This document shows, one piece after another, positions 50,315 through 63,640 of a DNA stretch of 64,000 nucleotides. The stretch is taken from assembly GCA_013239625.1 (NCBI GenBank), contig MU054323.1:18308819-18372818 (forward strand), in the 5' to 3' direction. The notes under the pieces are model-generated. The model was given only the letters and a program-made list of their open reading frames with translations. It did no database searches and had not been told where the DNA came from. The stretch comes from Lama guanicoe. Lineage: Eukaryota. The position numbers and the translations under genes were made by a program. How positions within the stretch are numbered: the stretch's first letter is position 1; each line of letters starts with the position of its first letter.

Positions 50315-50884
50315 AAAAACTATTTCTTGCTATTCAGACAGTATGAATGTCTGTTCAGAAAACACCTTAAACTTGGGTTACCTCGTTCTCTTTTACGATT
50401 GGTTTAGACTGCTACTTACTTAATAAGAATGGGGGAATTATTCCAGATGTGACATTTATAGAAAATTCCAAGGTCTGAAAATTCCTATAAGCCTATAAGG
50501 GCATTTTAAATTTATCTTCTTTCCCCTATGATCCTTTAAGAAAATCAACTAGAGGTTTTCAGATAATTTTTCCATCCTAATTAAGGGTAAAGACAATAAC
50601 AACTACATAATTCAGTTTTCAGCAGAAGTGACTACACATTTTTGCCCTTAACTGAAGGGAAAACAACCATATGGGCCTTGTTTCTAGCCAGCGCTCCATT
50701 AGCTAATTAAATTTGCAAAGCTCAACCAGTGACAGACCATGGATTATCCCCATTTTAATGACTCCATGCCTCTGGCACCACTGATGGTTTCAGAGCAGAC
50801 TAGATAAGTTGCCTCATTTCGAATAGGCTAGCCAGATCAGTGCAATAGAAATCCAAGGTAAGAAATACAATAGATGACTTTTTA

Positions 50885-51131
50885 AAAGGTGAAGAGAAAA
50901 GGCAAAATTAATTTTAAGAATATATTTTATATATCTAACATATCCCCAAATCACCTTAACATGTAACCAATATGAAATTTGTTAATGAGACACTTTACAT
51001 TCTTTTTTTCATACTAAACCTTCGTAATCTGGGATGTATTTCACAGTTGCAGCAACTCTTAATGTAGATTAGCCACATTTCAATTATTTAACAGCCACAT
51101 GAGGCTCACGGCCAGCATATTGGACAGTGCA
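50885..51131. mobile_element. MER33/MER3-like hAT-Charlie DNA transposon
   Basis: tagccacatttcaa...agccacatgaggct...atattggacagtgcag terminal motif. Confidence 0.75.
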
Positions 51132-52905
51132 GAACTGAGTGGTGCAATTTGCTATTCCATCTTCTTCCCATTGTTCATACAATCTTTTTCAAGAGTTTAG
51201 TGCTTTACTTTTCACACCTGGATATTAGCTGAACAGCTGAACATACAGCCATTTGTAAACGATGGATTAATCTAAAGATAAAAGAATGAGAACCAGCCTG
51301 CTCCCTATTCATTTCTATTGAAAAACACATACATTTTTTTAGGTCTAAAAAGTGCTAGAGGCAGAACAAGGCCTAAATATTTAGCCTGTTAACCCATTTT
51401 GAGATAAGTGATTACAGAATGCTTCAAGCACCTTAAGGTACGATGTGAAAGTTTTGAGCTTAAATAAATCTTCTTCCCCTTTCTCCTTCAGTTGTGACTC
51501 ATGGGTACAGTAATCAGTCTCTCCTACCTAGACATAGAAAAATATGATCTGGCAAAGGAACGGGTTGTACTTGTATGATTTGTTGACATGAACATTCTCA
51601 TTGAGACATGGAAATTAAGCACATTTAATGAAAAGATTTCAATGGAGAAAATAAAACTATAGAAAATCAGGTTGTTTTCAGAGAATTCAGCAAACTTAGA
51701 GGGAATAAGGAACTAAAGTTCTACTTTGCAAAAATAGTAAGACCAGCAAAATGATTGAGGCTATGAGGAACTAACCAAGAACCATTAGACTGTGTCCCCA
51801 CCTGAGTTCTGGAACGTCAGTGTAAATAAGCCAGTGTTATCACAAATATCAGAGTGGTGAAAAGTTACTCAATTTTAGTCTTAAAATCAGGGTATCTGCC
51901 ACTTTCCTCAACATCTATCTACTTCTAGAATCAAAAGATGTCACTTATCACCTCGAGACATTTATTTTAATCTGTCCTGAATGTAATTATTCGATCAAGC
52001 TATTGTCACCAAATCCTATTAACTCAAAGAGTGATTGCATTATTCACTTCTTACTCATGCCTTGATTTCAATGCTTATTAAATGCAAGTTTCAGCCAGCT
52101 GAAATGAAGGCTAAGCCTTAAGGATGCTTCCGTCTTTTTGATTTTAGGAATTGTTTTCTACCTGGTGTCATGAGTATCTCAAAGTGAGAATGTGCTGAAC
52201 ATTAGAGTTCATCATAATGATATATCTAGGCACCAGAAGTTCAGAGAAAGCCTGAAGGTTCTAATAAAAATTAAAAATAAAACTCAAATACTTCCTTTAA
52301 CCACTCTAAAAGGCAGCCATCAAAAGCATGAACATCTGAACTAGCGGAATAAGTATTAGGGCTTGGAACAAAATATCAGAGACAAAAGTGCACAGCACCC
52401 ATTTCACCCCTAGAAACAAAATGGTTGGGGAAAATTCGAAGAAAGTGGAGAATCAGATGTGTTCCTGAAGCAGAACTCAAAGGGAAGTTAGCACTACGTG
52501 ACTGCAGTATTCTTAAGAGCCTGGAGTCAAAGGGTTTTAGTCTTTTTATGGATTCCTTTAAGAGGCACTACATCACTGATGCTCTTGAATGGGATTCACG
52601 TGGAAAAACACAAGCCTTCAGGATTCTGAACTGCAGAGTGGTGTAGAAGAGCTGAACTCTGAACAAGAAAAGTTTTAACATAGCCATTTTCCCCAATGTA
52701 TTTTCCTTATTGTGTATGGAAAGGAGTAAGAAAAAATCTAATTAAGACTGAGAGAGTCTCTTACACTAAGTAAAAAAATAAAACTTTTAGGTGATAAGAA
52801 AGCACTGTGTCATAGTTATTTGGGGGTACTATTTATTTTTTCCTGGTACATAAAACAATAACATGTACAATCAATGATGTGTAAAGTTCATTTAAAGATG
52901 ATATT

Positions 52906-53050
52906 GGGCAGGGAAGGTATACCTCAGGGGCAGAGGGCATGTTTAAGCATGCACGAGGTCCTAGGTTCAATCCCCAGTACGTCCATTAAAAAACCCTAAT
53001 TACCCCCAATAAATAAATAAAATAAAAATAAAAAATAAAATTAAAAATAT
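52906..53050 (+). mobile_element. tRNA-Ala-derived SINE (Vic-1-like)
   Basis: agcatgcacgaggtcctaggttcaatccccagtac plus A-rich tail; TSD taaagatgata / taaagatgcta. Confidence 0.88.
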
Positions 53051-56000
53051 AAAGATGCTACTGACTCCTATACCTCCTTAATTTCCTAGGGTGTTTGTTC
53101 CCACAAGTGATGTATGTTCCATCCAATAGGAGCTATCTTCAGATGGCCAGCCACTTTCCAGTTATCTCTCAGAGTGTGTGACTTCATCCCTTTATGCAAA
53201 GAATGTCCTTGGAGAGAGTGGTGGTGGTAGTGAGGGGGTGTGCTGGCTCCCTGAATGACAAGACATTGGATGATCTTATCTGAAACTTCCTCATTTTTCC
53301 TACACATATGACAGTATTCTGCTTGATTAAGCCCTACAGGAATCATGATTACAGTTTCTGAAACTAAAAAAAGTGATCCAAGGTAAGACCAAAGATCTCT
53401 TTATCTTGATTTTTCTTATTTAATGACTTGAAATGACTTTGAATGCGACACAAAATAAATTATCATTATACACTTAACAAATCCACTTCACTAAAAAGAT
53501 GAATATAATATGAAGTGATTGCTTGAGAAAATATGGAGCATGAAGTCTCTAAATCAGAATCTGGGAATCATAGCTTCTGGAATGTTTGGCTTAATGATTG
53601 ATAGAAAATGTGTTAAGTTGGTGAAACATAACATCTCTCCCTCTGTCTTTTTTTTTTTTTTTTTTTATCCCATTAGTTGGAACTTACTTTATTTGGAAGG
53701 TTTCCTAAGACGTAGCCCTGTTATGTGTGCTAGGTCTCTTTTCAAAGTATGCTGTTGCTTTTTGAAACTGGACGGAAGTAACCTTAAAGCTTACGAACCA
53801 GGACTCTTTCATAGCCACATCACTGGAAGGACTGCCTCTCTCCCTGTAATCCAAGCTACCAGAGAATCGTTATACAAATGTGTATCCACCTCCAGTACCT
53901 GCAGCCTACAACAGAGATGGGAACATGAAGGAAGAAGGGAGGAGCAGGAGGAAGAAAGGTGAGTAGCAGTGTCTGGCCTGTAGAAAGAACTCAGGTCACG
54001 CCTCAGGCCAGTGAGCAGTGAAGCAAATTCGTCAAGCACTTCCTACTCAGTATTGCCTTCCTTCCCATAGGTCTCAAAGTCTTCCTCTACCCAGAGCTCC
54101 AGGTAGCCCTGTTGACTGATCTGAGTTAGCAGATGAGAGAATGTGTATTTGCCAGTTCTGGTCTAATCTAACCAACTCCTTTGGTAAACTGAGGTCCAGA
54201 ACATTTCTTCTAAATTTCCACCTTTGAGCATCATTTAAATTACCAATTACCAATCAGCTAGCCCTCTAGTAAGGAAAGCAATATCATGCACCAAGAGGAC
54301 CTGATAACTGAGGCTCTTGGGAATTCATGTAATAGGAGAAGGGTACCAAGCTGCAGCTTAATGCCTGAAACGTGAGCTCTGTTCACTCAGCAGGAAGAAG
54401 ACACCCACTCTCTCAATTTCCACTTAACTTCTAGTTCTTTGCGTTCCAGCTCAAGGTGGTATCTTTTTCACATACTGGCTTCATTTGTCAAAAGGTTCCA
54501 GGGAGATCAGCAAGGTTTTTCTTTTGAATAGACTGGCATGACTTTCCAACAGAAGCCAACAGAAGCATAACTAATTTCAAGAAATGGAGGAGATAATTAA
54601 GAACGTGAGTCACTACTGAATGTGGTATGTTAGCTTGCTTCTGCAATTTACAGGGAAAAAAGAAAAAGTTCCATTAAGTCATCTTAAAAGGGCTCTTGCC
54701 AGAAAATGAAGGTTGGAGAAGGGGTAAATCTGAAACACAAGTGACTTCCCTGCTCCACCGGCAATTTAGTGCTACCTAATGAGTGCTGAGTAATCAAAGC
54801 CCTTAGCGTCACTTCTGCACCTACACTGGGAACTGGTCTCTGCCCTTTAAATGCTTTCTCTCCTGAATTGCTTCTCATGAGCTCTTGCTCTCTCTGATCT
54901 CCTTCCTACTTGGTCTACTTCGTGGAAGGGTCATTGACCTTGGCAATCCTTCCTGTCTTACCTGACCTCACTCTTACTGTTCTGTCCTTTATGCCACACA
55001 CAGTTTCTTTGACTGGATAAGTTTAGAAAGACCATGAATTCTGTGAGGTCACACACAATGACAAACAGACTAGGCTGGGGCTGGCTCACTGATGACAGAG
55101 TCCCTGTTAGATTTTATCAAGATCTTCATTCTCACGCGGCCTATCATTTTTGGAAAAATCAGGCCATTCTTAAGTATTTTCTTTGTTTTTCCAGTCTAGA
55201 AATATGACTATGCCAAGTTCAATACTGAAATGAATGGCTGCCATTGAATGAGGACCGACGCCAAAGCATGGAGCTAGTGGGAGCCTCTTGAATCATCTCC
55301 CAACAACCATCCCAGGCTTGTCCCTTTCCATTTTTTTTTTAAATTGTGGATACTCATTAGATCTTCAATTCGTGTAGATTGGACCTCTAAAGTAATTACA
55401 GAAGTTTGTCCTCTCAATTTTTAAAATGATGCTGGGGCCTTTAATTTCAGCTTTCGCCACTTGTCTGTCATTTTTGAAGAGCCAAAGGGACCTAGGCTTG
55501 GGCTTTTTCTATAGAGAGCTAATAATGTGGACCTGGAGTTTACAAGAAAGATTGGGGCTAAAGAGATAGATGGGGGAACGACCAATGCTGAGCTGAGAGT
55601 CGTAAGTTTTACAAGAAAACAAAAAAAGGCACAGGCAGGGGCTGACAACAGCATCTTGGGAGGTTTTCATGTTTAGGTACTGGGAAGAGAAAGGAAAGCC
55701 ATTAAACGACCCATTAGGGGCAACGGGAAAAGCTAAGCAGGAGACTTCTGAAAGTTACGGAAGCCAAGGGAATAGTTCTTCAAGGTGCTTCAAATGGTCA
55801 CTGCTATAGGGGTCCAAAAAGAACTGCAGACCTGAAACCTGGGAAAAACATGAGTTATCCTTAAGAGGGTGGATTCAGCAAAGCTATGGGTGAAAAAGCC
55901 AGCTTCCAAGGGATGGATGGTCCCCTTATTTCATGAGAGTGGATAGAATCTGGGAGGTGAGGAGAGAGTGAAATTCCAGCAGAGTGATACATGAGCAAAA

Positions 56001-59000
56001 CACGAAAAACACAAAAAGTGATACATGAATAGAAGATGGGAGAGTATCTGGTCCCATGATTCTAAGTCAAAATTTGATGAACAAAGTGTAGAGCAGAAAG
56101 AAAAGAGATTATGAATGAATTCATAATGTATTCTTCAGTATACTGCATCTATCTTAGTTTTTAAAATCTGTAAGTATTTTATATAATTGAAAAAGCAATG
56201 AAGAAGAGGAGAAGGAAAAGTCATTTCAATACAGCCCAGAGAGTGGGGAGAGGAGAGGACATAATTACTAGGCAACCTAAGGGAAGACACAAAGTGATGG
56301 TTCCTTTTTCTGGTCATTCTTTTGTACTGATCACCCAGTGCTAGTCAGAAGAGATGCAGCTTCCTGAAGGCATCGTGAGCACCGCAGAGAGGCGAGGAGG
56401 GAGCACTAAAGACAGAAGACTCTCTGGCCCCTTTCTTTCCTCCAGGAAACAGTATCAATTTTTAAATTCTTGGGCAGAGCGGCCTGGACTCAAGAGCTCC
56501 TCTCTGTGCATCAGTGCTGTCTTCCTCTGGCAGCTACATGAAGAACTTGGCTGAAGAGTCCCATGGACACAGCCATACACTGGGGACAACAAAGTGTAAG
56601 TGAAGAGATGGGATTAGGTGTGGACAAGAGGGGTAAGGCCAAGTCAGGACCAAGCAATTGACTAAATAGCACAGGCCACTAAATAGCACATTAATGTCTG
56701 ATTTGTGGAAGTGACACCACCATCAGCTGCAGATCACCCCTGGCCAGAATTTAAGAACTCAACCATGGTATGCTGGTTTTAACTCTTTATAGTCTAAAGT
56801 AGATAACCAAGTTCACTCTTCCCTGTAGGCCATCCCCCTTTGAGTTCAGAAATGATGGCACCTTTTGATTTCAGATTTTCAGCCTCAAAATCCAGTTCCT
56901 GGTGGCATCGGCAGCCATAGCTAACCTACTGGGAAGATCACAAAGTGACTCAGGACTAAAACCTACCGTTACATGTCAACAATGTCTGCTCACAACAGCA
57001 TTCCTCAATTCCTACTCCATCCCAACCCCTCACACACACAGTCCACAGCCCAGGAAAATAGCCTCTTCTGGACAGAATGAGTTTGACCAGTAGATGGAGT
57101 AAGCGTTTCCCACAACCCTGTACCTGCTAGTTAACGTTGCGATCTTTCAAAAAGGGACAAAGCCATCACCGACAACTAAATATTGAGCTTCATGTGCAAT
57201 TGCAGCTGGTGAATGTAACGAATGACATGATGGCTCTTGCTGGAAGTATTCTGTACGAGAGGGGGCAGTTATTCACGGGTGTATGAATAACTGAGTAGGG
57301 GCATCAGCAGTAGGTAAGCAACGGGGCACAGAGGAAACGGGGTACTCGAAGTTCCCCTTGTTTCTTCACAGTTTTGCTTAACACCAGCCCAGCCACTGGG
57401 ACACCATCCCCAGTGTAATTTTTCCCCCCTCCATCTTAAATGTTTTTCAAAAGTGATCATTTTACTCTGTGGTTTAGGGAGAGGGCAGGATGGGGGCACG
57501 TCCACCCTGCAGCTAGTACAGCAGGGAAGAGAGCTGTGTCAACTCTTGCAGGCTGCCAAGCCTTCCTTTTGGCAGAAGCACTGGGGATATTACACTGGGG
57601 ATCATTTATTGTGCTTGCTTTGGGTGTTCCAAACTTGCAAGCTGTGGAGAATTTCCAGAGACGGCGGGGCAATAAACTCCACTTTCCTAAAAGAAAAACA
57701 GTAACCGCATCACCGTTCAGTTAAATGGGCCATGGAAAATTAACAGGCATGGACGATCATGGGTATTCAGAAATCTTCAGAAAGCTTAAGCATGGCTGCC
57801 AGTGCTGGGAGTAATGGCCACATGGCTCCCGATGCCTGGTTTGAGGGTATTAGGACTCAGCACATGTATCTGCTTTGATACCTGCCTCTCTCTGTCCATT
57901 TTCACGTACGAACGTGTATACACACGCATGTGAGAACCCTCACATGTTCAAGACCAAAGCACACAACTGCTGGATGCCAACAGAGGAATCATAAACTCTT
58001 CAGCTATGCATCAGGTGAAGTCTTCCTCAGCGTCTCTGGAGTCTGCTTTTCCCAACCCCGTCCTCCCTCTCCAGGTGTCCTTCTGGCGCCTCCCAGATCA
58101 TCCAAGGCCCAGTGGAGCAGGAACCAAACAGCAACTCCCTCCAGGTCAGTGAGCATTGCTGGGAGTGGTCCTCACCCGCTCCGCACAACCTAAATATGTC
58201 TGCTGTCTCTTCTGCTTTCCAGGCTAGGTGTTCAGAAGCTACTTAGCAGATCATCTATTTGTAGCTTACCATAACTCATATAACAGGTCAGTATTTTATA
58301 GGGAATTTCCAGGCCAACCTTCAAAGAAATAACAGATGGTGGGCATTTTGAGTGGGCAATTAGTGGATAAAAGGAGGGATACGTGGAGACTGAAAATCTC
58401 AAGCAGGACAACACCTTCAGATGCTCCTACTACTTTGGTGGCCCAGGATCACACCATCTGCTTCTATGGCTGTCCTGGTACCTGTTCATTCCAGAACCCG
58501 GACCAGGACCACACAATGTGCCTCTGACTTTAGAGTAGGAGCCCAGTGATTTGAGGTTCACAGGACAGCTGTGACTCAAAGGTCAGCTAGGAGTTCACTG
58601 TTTCTCTTTCGTCGTCAGTTAACACAGGGCAGGCTGCTAGCTTTGCTTTTGTCTCCTGATTTTACTTTTTTATGGATTTGTTCCTGATTTGACTGGATCA
58701 ATTCCTGTGGAGCACAGGACCACTTGGGCTGGTCTCTACTTTCAAATTCAGGAATGCTGTAAAGTCAGACAGGGTCTAATGAGTTCTGTAATGCACTGGA
58801 AATATTTTTCTAATTTTCTGGGGGGCGCTAAGCCATGTAAGTATTTTAACAGTTTCCCTCTCTTGCGCTGCTAAAGCATTTATAAGGGCATGGCTTAGAG
58901 AAAGAGCTGAATAAATGTTAACTCTTATTTTTATCCTCAAAAGCTATCCCAGTCATATTCCACAGCTCCCAGTTCCAAACCCAAATGGCAACCCCCTCTT

Positions 59001-59737
59001 GTGTTTCACCATCTCACCAGTCTCCCCTGCTCCAGTCTGATCCCTGACAAAGTAACCTGCATTAAAATGGTAATGGCTGACAGTGGGGACACACAAGCCT
59101 TCCTGGTGTATGTTATTTCCTGACTTCAATCTCCTCTTTGGGCTTCAGCTTCTGTCCACATCTCTGCCTGTATCATCTTTCCAATGTGTCTCCTCCCTGC
59201 CCTCAGGTTCTTCCTGTTTAGGTAAACGAGAGGTCATCTTTCAGGAAGCCACCTAATGCTGCCCTTGGTGTTCCTCTGAGCTCAGAGGATTCTTACGCTG
59301 GAGTGTATTGGGATCCCAACCTCTCTCCTAGACTATGTGCAGGAGTCAAAGAGCACGAACAACAAGGTAAGGCTTTGCTAAAATTACCCCACCTGTCGGT
59401 CTGTGAAACCACTCATTTGAAGATGTTAATCACAACGTTGACACACACGATGCTAATTTCATATAGTTATGTAAGTCAACGAATAAGCCCATCTAAGTGA
59501 AACCCACAGGTAACAGAACTGAGGTTAAAAAGTGAAAAATTTTAAGTAACCGTATACTTAATTTATGTTTTACCTAGTGGTGAACAATGCTGTATTCTGA
59601 AGTAAATAAACACGTGGCAAATGGGTTGCATGAAGGTATGTCCTCCCATCCAGGCCTACAGGCCCAATATTAGGAGGAGGAGAACAACTCATTTGTCTCA
59701 GTGGTGGAGCTAAGGGACACAGCCTTCCAAATGGCAT

Positions 59738-59915
59738 GGGGGTGGGGGTGGGGGTGGTAGCGCACGTGGTAGACAGTATGCTCAGCATGCACGAGGTCAT
59801 GGGTTCAATCCCCAGTACCTCCATTAAATAAATAAGTAAATACACTTAATTACCTCCCCAATCACACACACACACACACACACACACACAACCAAAGAAA
59901 CAAACAAAAAAACTA
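59738..59915 (+). mobile_element. tRNA-Ala-derived SINE (Vic-1-like) with a (CA)n microsatellite in the tail
   Basis: agcatgcacgaggtcatgggttcaatccccagtacctcca; (CA)n about 59863-59890; flanks aatggcatgggg / aaaggcatgggg. Confidence 0.9.
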
Positions 59916-62664
59916 GAAAGGCATGGGGTATTATCTTTCAACTACTGACAGTTGACTTGAAAATGTTTAACTCTGACATTGTTATTAATGAAAACTGCTA
60001 TTAGTAACTACTTTTGGATCTACTTTTCACTGTATCAGTATTTCTCCCCTCTGCTACCTTTTAGGACACCTGGACTATGAGGCTTACATTACAAAAATGT
60101 CCTATTTCCCATTGCTCACTGTGTTTTGCTTTGATAAACTCATTGCAAATGGTGTGTAATTATTGCCTTGTCAAAAAGGGAATGGTAATGAATCAGGCAG
60201 AACATTTTTGAATAAAGTATCAGTAGCTAGAAAGACTGTTTCTGAATGACAACAAATTGGGTATGACCAAACAGGTTAAAATGACCATGATACAGTTTGA
60301 TTTATTGAGTTTTATATAGAGAGAGCAGATGGGGGAAAAGAGAAAGCACACTGTAGTCCTTAGCCTATGTACTTTTCTGATTTTACAGATGATTACATTT
60401 ACCTGGGGCCTCTAATGCTTTCTAAAAGATGAAAACATTCTTCTGGGAGGAGGAGCCAAATAACTTCCTTGCGTGCAGAGACAGGTAACTTTGTTTCTTC
60501 TGTCTGAGATTTCAGCGAGACATCCTCATCTTTGGATGAAAAATGCTGACCAGTGTGTTCTGGGAATCTTGGCTCACCCGAGGCTAATAGCACAGTGTCC
60601 TGGCTGCATGCCCAGCTTTTGTGACAGGGAGATACCCCCGAGTGCTTTTTTTAACTTACACTAAAGTTTTGGCTTAGAAAGCAAAAGATCTGCTGGTGCA
60701 TCAGAGGAAACTGGGCTTTCCTTCTGTAACGATCAAAATCAAGTCCAAGTTCCACCTGCAATCCTCAACTGCCTTCCTTGGTCTGATATAACCCCCCTAT
60801 TCATAAAAGCCTTTGTGGGAGGAGTTGAAGAGAGAAGAGGTCATGTAGGGCTCCCTAATTTGGGGGAACTCAAGCTATGTGCTCCTGACAATGCAGGGAA
60901 GGGGCTGGGGTGTGAAGTTGGATTCCGAGGTGTCTGTATCTACAGAGGAGTAACGGCAGAGAATAAGCAGGAATTGACAGTGAGGGCAGCTGTCCTTTGA
61001 CCTTGTAGGTTTCCCACAGGGAATCAGAATTCAGAAATGGGCTAAAATTTACAAGGAGTCATCATGACAACTGCCTCATCTCCTACTGTCAGCACATGGC
61101 AAAGTTTGCTGTGGACAGGATAGCAGGGGATCCTTTCCAAACATTGCAAAACACTGGTAATGTTTTCAATTTCCCATCAACCCATAAGAGATCATGGGAA
61201 ACAGTAGAAATTCTCTGTCCAATTCAATGTTGGTAAAGTATTCCAAAACAGAAGAAATGGAAATAGAATTGAAATATACCCTAGTAGTCTCCTTCAGGGA
61301 TGCTGTCTGACATAAAACAAAACTTATCAACATTTTAAAACAGGTTTCAAACACCACAATTACAAGGTATTTTACCCCCCTTCAGTCTTTCATTCTAGTA
61401 AGTTGTTAGCCCATCTGACAAGGAAAGGTCTTCTTAAATCACTTCGGGCTTATAGCAGCGATTTTTTTCTTCTTTTAAGTTTTAGAAACAGCCATAAGGA
61501 TTCAAATAAATATCTTAATTAGCATTACAATGCTGTAAGAGAGATGTGATTATAATTCAGTTTCCCATCCATGAGATGGCGTGAAAATGGTGATTTAGCC
61601 CTAGGAGAGCTTCTCTACAATAGGGTAATTTAAAAATAAAAATTACTTCTTTCTATCAGAGTTTGGTGTTTGCAGAATTTGACCGAAATTGCGTCTAGTG
61701 CACAAGATTATTTTTATCTGATTTGAGAGACGTGGATCATTATTTCTTGTTTCTTTCTTTCTTTCTTTCTTTTTTTCATCTCAAGCAAATGACGAATGTT
61801 CGTTGGCTTTTTGTTTTTTGCATCTTTGAAACTGTGGCCTTGCAACCGGCTTAGCAATGAGCCCGAGAAAGAATAACTGTGGCTGTGACTTCATAGGGTT
61901 TTCTTTGAAGAAAAAGGAGAAACAGAAGGAGACAAAGGAAGAGGGAAAAGATAAGGGAGGAGGTGGCAAAAGGGAAACCGTGAGGGAAGAAGGCAGAAAG
62001 GAAAGGGAGGTAAGAGAGGAGGGAGGTTGAGGAGGAGGAAAAATGATTTTATGTCATCAGCGCTTCCATGGGAGTGCCGACTCTGACAGCTGAGACATCT
62101 CTAACTCGGCTCCTTCACCTCCGGGCCAGGAAGAACAGCAGTATTTCTAAAGGAGGTCAGGAGTGAGTCAGGCTGAAACTTGACTTTCTACCATCGCAGC
62201 CCAGGCACTCATGGGAAGGTCCTCGGCCAGGCAGCCACAGGGACACCGGTCTTGGTGCATTTGGTTTGCCACGTGCTGGCCAGCTGGCCATCTGATCGGG
62301 AGACAGGTTTCATCTCACGGCCCTTCAGTTTTATTTTCCTGACAAAGCCGTACTTCCATTAAGAAAAAGGCACGCAGCTATTCATTTCTGCTAACTCTTA
62401 ACCCGGCCAATGAAATACAAGCATGTGCAATTTTGTGTCTATTTTAGGGCATGGATGTGGGGGCGGTTGAAACTCTCTGCTGGGCTTGGAGCTCTCGGCA
62501 TTCATACCTGACTTTTCCCAGCTCTGTCTTCTTTGTTCATCCTTTTCCTGACAGGCTGCCTGCTGGTTATAGGAACGGTGCGGGATTGTAAGGGGCTCAG
62601 ACTGGATGAAGGAGGGAGAGAGCTTGGAAACAGCCCCCTCTCTTCTTAATAGTTTAAAAAAGTA

Positions 62665-62707
62665 ATATTTAAAAAAAAAATGGAGGTACTGGGGATTGAA
62701 CCCAGGA
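62665..62707 (-). mobile_element. Truncated tRNA-Ala SINE fragment next to a MER5-like remnant
   Basis: aatggaggtactggggattgaacccagg. Confidence 0.7.
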
Positions 62708-63179
62708 AGTGAAAAAACACAGTTTGCCTACGTGTTCCAGCCCACCACCCACTAGAGAATCCGACTGCTTAGGCTTTCGTTAGTGCTAGGAAAGTGTAGC
62801 TTTTTAAAAAACTTCACAAATGATTCCAAGTCACTGCAGGGATAAAAATTATATGTTTAATTCCCACAATTCTGTGAGGCAGGAATAGTGTTCCATCTTC
62901 TCCAGAAGATGAAAGAGGAGTTCATATTTGCCTAACTTCAGGGGACTAGAACTCGGGTCTATAATTTCTGGCTCCTTAGTTTTTCCATTTAATACAACAG
63001 CTTCCCTGGAGGGTTGAAGTCTTAGGTTTTGAGGAGGTGACATGTGGGGCTTCCCACTGCATTCCACTAGCTCCTCTGTGATTGCTCCAAGACAAACCAA
63101 GGCATACAGTTGTTGGCAGCAGGGTATAGGAAAGGAGAGAGAACAGAAATTTGCGCTGCAGTGGTTTTAAGTGTGGTTA

Positions 63180-63475
63180 GTTGTGTGAGTAGGGGCACGC
63201 CATCTTGCTAAGCCTCAGTTTCCTCATTTGTACAGTGGGAATGATAAACAGTTTCTCAAATTGCATTGAAATATTTAATGAGGGAAAGTTTATAAAGCAG
63301 TTATATAACGTATAAAAATGTAGTTAAATTATATATAAAATATATAAAGTAGCTATATAATGTATAAAAATGTATAGTTAAATTATATATATAAAATATA
63401 TAAAGTAGTTATAAATAAAAAAAAATATATAAAATAATGCCTGGCTTATCGTAGGCACTCAACACGTAGTAGTTC
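63180..63475 (+). mobile_element. MIR containing an AT-rich tandem duplication of about 55 bp (63291-63415)
   Basis: agcctcagtttcctcatttgtac...tgcctggcttatcgtaggcactcaa; repeated tataaagtagttatataa...tagttaaattatata. Confidence 0.7.
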
Positions 63476-63499
63476 TTTTTGCCATGTTTATGGCTTTAA

Positions 63500-63640
63500 A
63501 AAACTTTTATTTTTTATTGATGTGTTGTTGATTGACAGTGTTAGTTCCAGGTGTACAGCAAAGCGACTCAGTTATACATACACATGCATATGTATATATA
63601 CTTCAAAAATTTTTTAAAAAATATTTTCAGCTTCTTTTTG
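63500..63640 (-). mobile_element. L1 3' terminal fragment
   Basis: gttagttccaggtgtacagcaaagcgactcagttatacata. Confidence 0.75.

Noticed and set aside
56661..56690. Duplicated ACTAAATAGCACA as MEF2 sites
   Set aside because: CTAAATAG is two bases short of the CTA(A/T)4TAG consensus; it is a simple local duplication.
59750..59823. tRNA-Ala gene (also 52915-52985 and other copies)
   Set aside because: Degenerate stems, A-rich tails and TSDs indicate SINE copies, not functional tRNAs.
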